A stretch of 64,000 nucleotides of DNA from Chrysomallon squamiferum (Eukaryota > Animalia > Mollusca). Both the position numbers and the translations under genes were made by a program. How positions within the stretch are numbered: the first letter of the stretch is position 1; each line of letters opens with the position of its first letter. Location: positions 7,192,001-7,256,000 of the forward strand of contig CM022673.1 of assembly GCA_012295275.1 (NCBI GenBank), written 5' to 3'. This document shows positions 16,078-26,195 of the stretch, piece after piece. A model generated the notes under the pieces. That model had not been told where the DNA came from, did not search any database, and was given only the letters and a program-made list of their open reading frames with translations.

Positions 16078-16907
16078 TTATTATTATTATAATGCAAATA
16101 AACTGATTCGACATGATATAAATATCATATTGATTTATAGCTAACGTTAATCCATAAGTTGAAGAAAGTATATTCAGTCGAAACTGTTCAAATATTTGAG
16201 AAGTTTTATTTGGATGAAAAGCTTGGTTCAAACACAGTCGCTTCTATCAGTAGCCTTCTGTGCCTGTTGTCTAAGTGATCATGAAAACCCACGCCATCGT
16301 TTACTCTGGAAACTGCTCTTCCTCTTTTGGACGTTTGGTTAACGAGCAAAATCGAAGTGCAACCGGCTCTGACGTTTTAATGGTCCGCCTTGTTGCAATA
16401 TTATTGTGTTTTAATTCTCAACAGGAGCTTTTGTAATTCAGATTGATGTGACCACTTCATAGCGGAGAAAGCTTTCTATTTGCACTAAGACCCGCAGAGT
16501 AATAAAAAATGAAATAAAGTGAAATAAAAAATAAACACAGCACACAGATGAAAAACGCTTGCTCGACGCGTTCGTTAGTTCCTTTTTTTACACGTCACTG
16601 CCAATCAGTGCTGCTTTAAACGTTTCGTAATAAATTATTTCCGTTCACATATTCCTTCTGTCGTCGTGGCGACTCGCAGATTGCCTCTGGGATCCCGAGT
16701 GCGTTCCTCGCCTCCCCTGAAACACCACCTCTGCGGAGCATCATTTCCCAAAACGTCACGGATCCAGCAAAGATGAATCTGAAATCAGCGGACTGTAAAA
16801 TAATCTCAGATTTCAGGAAATTGCAACAGTAAATCTTCGCGCTGATGCAGCTTTTGTAAGCGAAAGACAGATTTGTTTTCGCTGTGTGAAGAAGCACCAA
16901 AAAAAAA

Positions 16908-16939
<32 letters not shown>

Positions 16940-17723
16940 AGTTTATATCAGTATCTGTCAGCTAAGACGAAGTTAGATGTTCGTATGCCGCACTGTTTAT
17001 TAACAACGTTAATACAGGGCAATAGGTTAATACGCGTTTTATCTCCCGACACGTTCATTTTGTTTATTAAAAACTGTAAATTGTCCAGAAAATGAAGGGA
17101 TCCATAAAACAGTAAATATATTGACAGAGTTATTAGGTGACTTGATATTTCTTGATTTTGCATTACATATTTATGCACACACACTTATATACATACATAC
17201 ATACATACAGAAATACACATACACACATTGTAAATAAATGAAAAAATTAAAACGAATTCAATTCACATTTATATTCATATGTAGATTAGCATTACGAATC
17301 CGTTAATGCGTGTGCGTCTGTTCCTGGTTTTTTTTTGGGGGGGTTAGGTATGGTGTTTGTGTTTCTGATTGCGAATGTGTTTAAAAATTACCATTATTAT
17401 GTTATTAAAACTTGTGTTTTGTTTCTCTTTTTACTTTTTCTTGTAATTTTTACCAGTAGTAATAATAGCAGTAGAAATACTAGTACAAGTAACAGTAGTA
17501 GCAGAAATAATAGTACAGGAGTAGAGTTAGTAGCAAATGTAGTAGTTAGTTGTAGTTGTAGGAGGAGGAGGGACAGTAATGTTAACATAGTATTATTATT
17601 TGTCGGCCTTTAAATAATTTTTGTTGATATATATATATAATTATTATAATTATTATTTTATTATTATTGTTGTTGTTGTTTTTGTTGTTGTTATTGTTTT
17701 TAATATTATTATTATTTTTAATA

Positions 17724-17772
<49 letters not shown>

Positions 17773-18280
17773 GATTCTGTCTTACAGACGATGACAGTGA
17801 CAGGAATTCTGAAAACGGCTCGACTTCTGCGACTGCTCAGAGTGATACGAAGAATTGAACAGTTTGCCGAGTACGGGGCCGCCGTTCTGCTTCTGCTCAT
17901 GGTCACCTTCACTCTCATTGGCCACTGGCTCGCGTGCACCTTCTACGCCATCGCCAACATGGAGCGAGAACATCTACATGCCCACGTCAGCTGGCTCGAC
18001 GACCTCGCTGACAAAATGAAGAAGCCGTACTACGCCAACGACACGACCAGCGGGCCAACGATTCGATCCAAATACATCACCGCGCTGTACTTCACTTTCA
18101 CCAGCCTGACCAGCATCGGCTTCGGCAACGTCGCCCCGAATACAAATGCGGAAAAGATCTTCTCGATATTCGCCATGATGCTGGGATGTACGTTGTTTGC
18201 TAATGCACATATAATTATTACTTACATGCATGAATAATAAAAAAAAAAATAATAATAATAATAAATAAATAAATAAATAA

Positions 18281-18324
<44 letters not shown>

Positions 18325-18330
18325 AAATAA

Positions 18331-18365
<35 letters not shown>

Positions 18366-21178
18366 AACACAGCTACTACTATCACTATTACAATAATAAT
18401 CTGTTTTTTTTCTTACTTCTTTTTTTGTTTGTTTGTTTCGTGTTTTTTTTGAGCTGTTTTTGTTATTGGTTTAATTTTAATTTATTTTTTCTTTTTCTCT
18501 TTCTGACAATACACGATGTTTCATTCTCTACTGGTGATAACATACGATGTGGAACTGAAACATCATCTTCCTTTCCTCGTTAGCGCTGTGTTACCAATCT
18601 ATTCTTAGTTCAAAGAACGACCATTGACTGTTAACCTTAGGACATAAAAGATCGTTCGTCTGACGTAGCAAAACCAGAAATTTTTCATTTTCTTCTTCGT
18701 CTGGAAACATAAATTTAGAAGAGCGAAAAAAAAAAATCTTGTTCTTTGTTTTTTTTTCCTTAGAAAGAACATTGATTATTTTACTAGTTGCCGATTCCTT
18801 GTAGTTGTTGTGATTCCGAAGAAATTACGATTTTCCATCTCTTTTTTTTTTCTCTGTCAGTTATTTATGCATTTATTTATATTTATCTAAAAAGATTTGG
18901 AAAAAAAAAAAAAAAAATTAATTTGAAGAACGTAGTATTATATTACCGTGCAGAAAATTCATTAAAATATTTTACTACAGAGAATTAATTATTTACTTAT
19001 TATTTTCGAAATTGGACATACGACTGTTACATAATATAATATGTGTAATGAGCAGTAAAATCAATAAAATTTCAAATATCGTATTTTTAATCAGAGTACT
19101 CTAAATACATCACTTATGACGCAAAGCAATTCTAACACTGGTAGTTAATCTTGTGTTTCAATGTTAGGACTCTATGATCGATGGTGCACGCAACATCGAG
19201 AGTCATCGCTCTTTTGGCTTCCATGCATATCGAGTTAGCACCATCAATCTAAAGCACTTTATACGAAAAGACATGTTAATTTACTGGTCACAAATAGATG
19301 TCATCAATTTGATGTGCATTCCGCATCATGATGACATGTTGCTCTAGTGAGAGGGATTATTTCTTCTTTTTTTTTTACTTCTTCTTCTTTATCTTGTACA
19401 CCGCGCGCAAAAAGCTGCTGTCAGTTTGATGTGCAACATGCTGCATTAGCAAGGCTTTTTTTTTTTTTTTTTCTAATTCTTATTATTCGTATTCTTATAT
19501 TTTTTTTCTCCCCCGAGAACCTTTTTCCTGTAAAACCGTACAATCTGACAACAAGCGAAACCATTGACGTGAAAAGACGTCCTGTTTGTAACTTATTATT
19601 AGCAGATTAAATATTGATTGGCATTCGCGACGTCAAAGGTATCGTGTTTATCAGCAGCTGTCTGCCTTCGTGACCGTGCGTCCACTCGTCTGCAGTCTGA
19701 CGCCAACGTCGCTTTCTACTTAAGCCGACCACACTGTTATCACGACGGCCATTTGCAAAAAAACCGCTCTATGGGTCAGATGAGAATTTGTACAACGCAC
19801 ATAACTTGCTGATAAAACCCTGCGCGCTGTTTCTTGCCACTGGTTCGCTGGAAGCCATGTAAATATGTAGTCGTGTAGTTTCGACTGGACAAACACCAAC
19901 TGGCCGGCGGCCACCCTTAATCTGACCTCTTGATTCCGGATCGAGGAGTCGTTTCACACAATTCAATAAATTAATATAAAAATCTAATTTTGAATGGTCT
20001 GAGAGTATAATTAATTCTGGTTCACTTAACTGTAGTCTAGATAGGAAAATTCAACAGCAGCTGAGTAATAATGTCTTCTAAAATAACTGCAGAGACATAA
20101 AGTTTAAAATAATATTAACATTCATTTCTGATATTTCTAACACTTCTTGTTTACGTGGTGTAGATATTTTTATTTTTTTTTTTATTTTTTTTTTTTTTTT
20201 GTCGTAGGTATAATTTCGTATTCCAAATCCCCAAAACTTTGAGAAAGAACTGTTGTTATTATTAATAAACGTTTTAACTGCACAAATATTAACGTTAGTA
20301 GTAGTAAAAGTAATAACAGCAGACGTAATACTATTTAATAAAATAATAATAATAATTATAATAATCATATAGTAGTCGTTATAGTAGTAGTAGAAACAGT
20401 TTTTGTTTTTAGTTTTATTCTGCAGTTGCAAGCTGCAGTGGAAGTAGAAACTGAAGTAGCGACAATCGACATTAATGCCTTCTAAATTAAAAACAATTTT
20501 GTTTTCACAGCATTACTGAGTGCCGCCATCTTCGGTAACGTATCATCAATCATGCTGAGGGTGTATCAAGGAACCGAAGAGTACCGAGAGAAGATGGAGA
20601 GCATAAAAGAATTCATTAAGTTTCACCAGATCGCTAAAACTCTGGGAAATCGTCTCCAGGAATCATTTCAACATTCATGGTCCTACACGAACGGAATCGA
20701 TATGAATAATGTGAGTTCTGATTACAAAATGTGTACCCTTCTGTCGGGGCTATGACCCCATCTGCAGAGCGGAATGTAAAAACGCCAGGGGCAGGTCCAG
20801 GATTGGAGAAAACGTGGAGGGACGATGGCATGGTCGTTTTGATGGATATGACTTTCAAGATGAAATGAGTATTCAGTCGTGCATTAACGTATGTTTCTTT
20901 TACCTATCATTGTGCAAATAGGGTCATAGATCTCGACTGAAGGGTACACACTTTGCAATATGTAATGACGTGAGCCACGTTCTCTTATCACGTGATCCAT
21001 CGAAATTCCATAACATATTTTTGAAATTACGTTGATTGGGGAAAAAAAAAAAAAGAAGATTTAAAAAGATGAAGAAATAGTCCAACACTGGCATCAGTTT
21101 TCATGTTGGTACTTCTTTCTCCTTCGTCACTGTCGTCTTCATCTTCTTTTTCATCATCATCATCATCTTCTTCTTCTT

Positions 21179-21209
<31 letters not shown>

Positions 21210-22977
21210 TTATTATTATTATTATTATTATCGATACTACTATTATTATTTTGCATTAATATTAGCAAATTAAAATGTCTTTTGTAAAATTCGTCATTTG
21301 TTCACGATGAACCAAAATCTACAACTGTTAGGAAATCTGAGAAGAATATAAATAATTTGAAACTAGGAGTTATTTTCTACACACTGATACTTCAACAGTT
21401 TTGAAAATAATAATTATTTACTTACAAAACATGGAAATCACTACATTTCACACACGAAGCTGAAACAGCTAACCACAATAATCCACGCTATAATGAAGAA
21501 ACGCATACGTCAAAGCATTATTGACGTCATTCATCGGAAATGGACGAAGACCTCCAAACATGAAAATGGCTAACTCACTAAGTTATTATTTCTTAAGATA
21601 ATAAATAAATAAATAAATAAATAAATAATGACCCAAGTCTTATAAGAAAACACCATTTTTGATACTTATCAAACGAATAACTAGTGAATACATTAAATTT
21701 ACATTTAAAATTTACAGTCATTATAATATTATTATTATTGTTGTTGTTGTTGTTGTTGTTGCTGTTGTTGTTGTCGTCGTTATTATCATTATTATTATTA
21801 TTATAAAATATTTTGTAGGTTTTGAAAAGTTTTCCGGAATGCTTACAAGCAGATATATGTTTGCATCTCAACAGAAACTTACTAAATAATTGCAGTGCCT
21901 TTAAAGGGGCCAGTCCAGGTAAGTTAAATTCGTTAACTCATTGTGTGTTCTCCATGTAACCTGGGGTTGGCCCAAAATTTTGGAACATTGGCGCTGAGTA
22001 TGTATTAGTGTCTGACTTCAAAATTTCCAGCTATTAATATATTGGCCTACATTTTTGAAAGGAAAGAAAGAAAGAAAAGAAAATGAAGTAAAATAAAATA
22101 AAATAAAATAAAACTGACAGAAAGACAGAGAAGCAATAAACAAATTATTAAACAAAAACAGAATAAAATATTATGTCATAATAATAATAATAGTAATAAT
22201 AATAATAATGAAAAGAAGAAAATATAAATATGACACTTGGAAAAATAAAATAACCAGATTTAAACATCATTTTGAACTGTGCCGTTCTTGTAAACTTTTA
22301 CTCGGAAAGCAGTAATTATGAAAATGAAGAAAAACTTACGTGACTGGACCTATTTAACTACAGAAGAAGTCGAAAAATTATAATTCCTCATATTAAATAT
22401 TATTACATGTAGCCTGAAATATTTATGTATATATATAAAAATTAAAAGCAGAATGTATGTGTGCATGCGTGTGTGTGTGTGTGCGTGTGATTATTAATAT
22501 TACTGTTGCCTTTGCAGGCTGCTTAAGAGCATTGTCCATCAAGTTTAAAACGTCACACGCCCCTCCTGGCGACACATTACTACATCCGGGTGATATACTG
22601 ACGGCAATATATTTTGTTGCACGCGGATCTTTGGAGATTCTGAAAGATGACACAGTAATGGCTATATTAGGTAAATATTCTATTTTTATAGTGATAAATT
22701 ATTCACAGCTTGTGAAGTGCAGACGACAGGTTGGATAATTACGTACATTTCTGTTCATTTAGTCTGCTTTGCTTTTTACTTTTGTTTCTCACTAGATTCT
22801 TTTGTCGTAAACCTTTCTGACACGTGATATGTTACAGCGTTTATTTTGTTAGGAGTGGAGTAAATAATTGCATAGTTTGTCTGCAGAAAATCTGATTTTT
22901 TTTTTCTCTGCTCTTGATTTCACCTGCTCTTCTGTTGTGTTTTGCTAAAATAATAATTTTTTATTTCTTTTCAAAAA

Positions 22978-23054
<77 letters not shown>

Positions 23055-23912
23055 CTTTTCTTTATTTCGTCCTTTCTGTTTCCGTCCATTCTTTCTCCAT
23101 GTCTGTACATACCGTTATTTAGTTTTCAGGTCCAGCATTCTCTAAATAGACCTAACAATCAACGAAATAAAACAAACCGTTAATTAACCATGGCCTAAAC
23201 GTCTAGCAATGATAACTGTAATTCGTTCTCGCTTTTCTTTTTCAGGGAAGGATGATATATTCGGGGAGGATCTACAAAGAAATTCGGGTGTGGGTAAATC
23301 GATGTATTACGTGCGTCCCCTGTCCTACTGTGACATCAACAAAATTGATCTCGTCGATCTTAAAGAAATACTTCACACGTATCCAGAGTTTGCAGACCAA
23401 TTCTACAAACAGTTTCAGGTTACCTTTAACCTTTCCAAGGTTAGTCAGTGTCTATGATAAGTTAATGATGTGATACGATTCAGATATTTACTTACCGTAA
23501 TGACAGACTGTTGTAAGATATGTATTGATCATGGGTACGGTAATAAATATAAGAAGATAAAATAACATTCAGAAATCGTCAGTTTTAAAATTACGCACAG
23601 CATATGAAAATTAAGACTAATATTTGGATAGACGTAAACTTAAGACTAAATTCGGATCTAAAAAAAAAAATTATGATTAAGGATTGGTATTTATAATAAA
23701 GTTAAGGGAAAGGGGTATAATACAACTATTTAGCCCTATGTATCGTACACACAGACATTAATTTAATGTAACAGAATTTGACATCTACACCATTGCAATA
23801 TGATGACGGCGACAGTTCAATGTTCACTTTGATATAAAGCGTTTACCGTTAACAACAAAATTTAACGATGTAGTAATGCACCTAACAACAATGATAACAA
23901 CTATCCAACAAC

Positions 23913-23959
<47 letters not shown>

Positions 23960-26195
23960 ATTTATTTTAAAGGGAACGCTGTTGCAACGAAAAGTCAAAT
24001 CAAAAATGGAGGATGAAACTCTAAAATTCATTCGACAAAGAAGACCAAAGTTACAGTGCAAACGAAGAATGGCAGACACTCAGGGTGAGTTGTTTTTTCT
24101 TTCCTTTTTTTTCAGCATATTTTTATTCATATAAATAATAATATGATGAAATAAATAAATAAATAAATATTATTTCTTACCTTAATTAAGTCTTAATGTG
24201 TTTTCAATTTTTGTAAAATGATATCTCATGTTTGTTTGTTTTGTTTTTTGTTTTTGTGTTTTGTGACATCGGGAAAAATCTGTAGTTTTATTTATTTATT
24301 TATTTATTCATTTATTTGTTTACTTTCTATTTACTTAATAAATGAAATTATAGAGTATCTGTCATTTTATTTATTTTTTTTTTTTATTATTATTTTTTTG
24401 CGAGCCGAAAGTGGTCAGAAAATTATTTTACATGTTTGTTACAAATCTATTCTTCAGTTTTTTAATTTTACGTTGCACAACCATAGTGAAGATATTTCTT
24501 GGATTACAAACTCAGACCTGGCACTAAAATAAACTCTCAGGCGTTCTCTTTACATTTCTAAACCAGAAATATTCCGAAATCTGAAATACTTCTGGTCCCA
24601 AGCATTTCGGATAAAGATTCTCAACCTGTAGTTAAAAGAGCTCTGACTGTTACTGGTTAATTAATTGTAGGACGTCAAGGTTTGCGTCAGCGGCGTACAG
24701 GAAGTTCTAGTGACGGCAGACGAACAAGTCGAGAGATTGTGGATTTGTCTGCGAGCGAGGACGAAGGTGGCGGTATTCTCGAGTTTTCCGCAGACGGTGC
24801 CACAGAAGAAATAACAGAGGGTGATTTTGACAAACAAGGTAACGCGGCTTGAAAAGATTTCTAGAACCATAAGAAACAGCAACCAGTCCAATAAAAATCG
24901 ATTTAAGTCAAGGATATGCAAGAACCAAGCAGCCGTACCTGCACGCGTTTGTTTATGGGTGAGAGAGTATGTGTATGTGTATGCGTGTTTCATCATTTTT
25001 AAACTGACAAGTTTGGGAATGATCTGAAAAACGTTTCTTTCTTTTTCATACAGCTTTCTCATAATTTTTAAATTCGATTTCTGTAGATATAAAATATTCT
25101 GTTTGTATCGGTTAATTCATATTTATTTTCTTTGCACAATAGATAATCACAAATGTACACTGATGTTTTAATGTTTGTCAATGCTATTTCTTGTTTCTAT
25201 TTGTAACTGAAAAATTCAGTGGTATTAATTACTCAGCCCATTAAAATCACAGTATAGATCATGCTGCAAATTTCTCGTTACTCCCAAGGGAATATATTTC
25301 GAAATGCTTCAATACAGTTCATTTCTATCATAACTGTTACAGGAATCCAGCCTCGTGGTCGGTCGTGGAAAACAAGAAAAGAGAAGGCAGCACCAGGGGA
25401 AACCCGTCCACTTATTCAGAAAGAGTCAGGACTTCCGGTCAAACGGGACATAACTGTTGAGAGTTTGGCGGGTCGACCCGGGTTGTCTCCCTTGGCTTCG
25501 AGTGGCACAACGTACACTCCCAAGTCGTCGTCGAGCGCGGGCCAGTTGTGGCGACTGCAGACGATAGATTACGAAATCAAACAACATACAGACAAAGGCA
25601 ATATACAATCTCTGTCCGACATTGACAGTCGTCTCAAACATCTGCACACGTAAGTTTCTATGTTATTTCTACATTTCATTAAGTTTTTATCGCGACTTGA
25701 AATCACGCGCGCATAACGTATTATAATTTTACAAATATTGAGAATTAATGGAATATTCACACTTGGCAAATACAGTAAATGATTATTCTGTTCAAATGCG
25801 ACACTTCCCTAACATTATATAATTAAATATAAAAAGAAATCAGTTATATAATTATTTCAAACATAAGTATTGTGTTTGTCACTATTTTAAACTGACAAAA
25901 ATAGTCGTCAAGCACACTAATTTCAAGATATATTAATAAAATATCTGTAATCTCTAATTTGAATTAAATTTATATTTTATATCTATTTTTTTTATATTTT
26001 TATATAAACAATTTTCCTTTCCTTTCCAGAAGAATGAATAATTTTGAAAACGAACTATGTACCACGGTAGACGCCATCTTGGATATTCTTGGTCACAAGC
26101 CACAATTTCCTCGCCTGCAAGAAGAGGACCAACAATCGCCCGGTCCAGTCACAGACGTATCTCAGCAACCACAACCGACTGGCTACGTCACCTGA
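9934..26195 (+). CDS. KCNH2: ERG-subfamily voltage-gated potassium channel (KCNH2/KCNH6/KCNH7-like), 12 exons, about 793 aa from ATG 9952; possibly 5'-partial
   Basis: Exons, all GT-AG and phase-consistent, 2400 nt total: 9934-10050, 11011-11274, 12461-12679, 17788-18187, 20511-20710, 21819-21918, 22518-22670, 23246-23439, 23973-24084, 24671-24838, 25343-25649, 26030-26195 (TGA). Motifs: [13 protein letters not shown] (S1), [22 protein letters not shown] (S4), EYGAAVL (ERG-typical), [12 protein letters not shown] pore, C-linker/CNBHD ([32 protein letters not shown]), C-terminal coiled coil. The symbol denotes the subfamily, not proven 1:1 orthology. First exon and C-terminal exons are less certain than the core. 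Confidence 0.93.
10715..10769. repeat. (AAAT)n microsatellite
   Basis: Direct reading. Confidence 0.9.
11731..11811. repeat. (GA)n microsatellite
   Basis: Direct reading. Confidence 0.95.
12765..12992. repeat. Diverged tandem duplication of about 113 bp in ERG intron 3
   Basis: Both units run TAAAGAG(A/T)CACAATAT...ATTCA(C/T)AGAT(T/G)TTACTG...CGTACTCA...TTTTGCA...TCTTC(G/A)GTCAG. Confidence 0.75.
14820..14964. repeat. Compound (GT)n/(GTAT)n/(AT)n microsatellite
   Basis: Direct reading. Confidence 0.9.
18233..18366. repeat. (AAT)n/(AAAT)n microsatellite
   Basis: Direct reading. Confidence 0.9.
20721..20959. mobile_element. MITE-like element of about 240 bp with roughly 46-bp imperfect inverted ends
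   Basis: Left arm TGTGTACCCTTCTGTCGGGGCTATGACCCCATCTGCA (20730-20766) versus reverse complement of 20913-20950 TGTGTACCCTTCAGTCGAGATCTATGACCCTATTTGCA; pairing extends about 9 nt outward. No clear TSD. Confidence 0.55.
22982..23050. repeat. (CT)n microsatellite
   Basis: Direct reading. Confidence 0.95.
24560..24630 (-). mobile_element. Solo terminal inverted repeat of a pogo/Tigger (Tigger4/Zombi-like) DNA transposon
   Basis: Reverse complement reads TA-CAGGTTGAGAATCTTTATCCGAAATGCTTGGGACCAGAAGTATTTCAGATTTCGGAA, closely resembling the Tigger4/MER46 end as I recall it, with a flanking TA. Confidence 0.65.

Noticed and set aside
17640-23972. Complementary microsatellites bridging intron ends
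   Set aside because: Repeats often abut splice sites, but 5' and 3' repeats are not consistently complementary and the background repeat density is very high.
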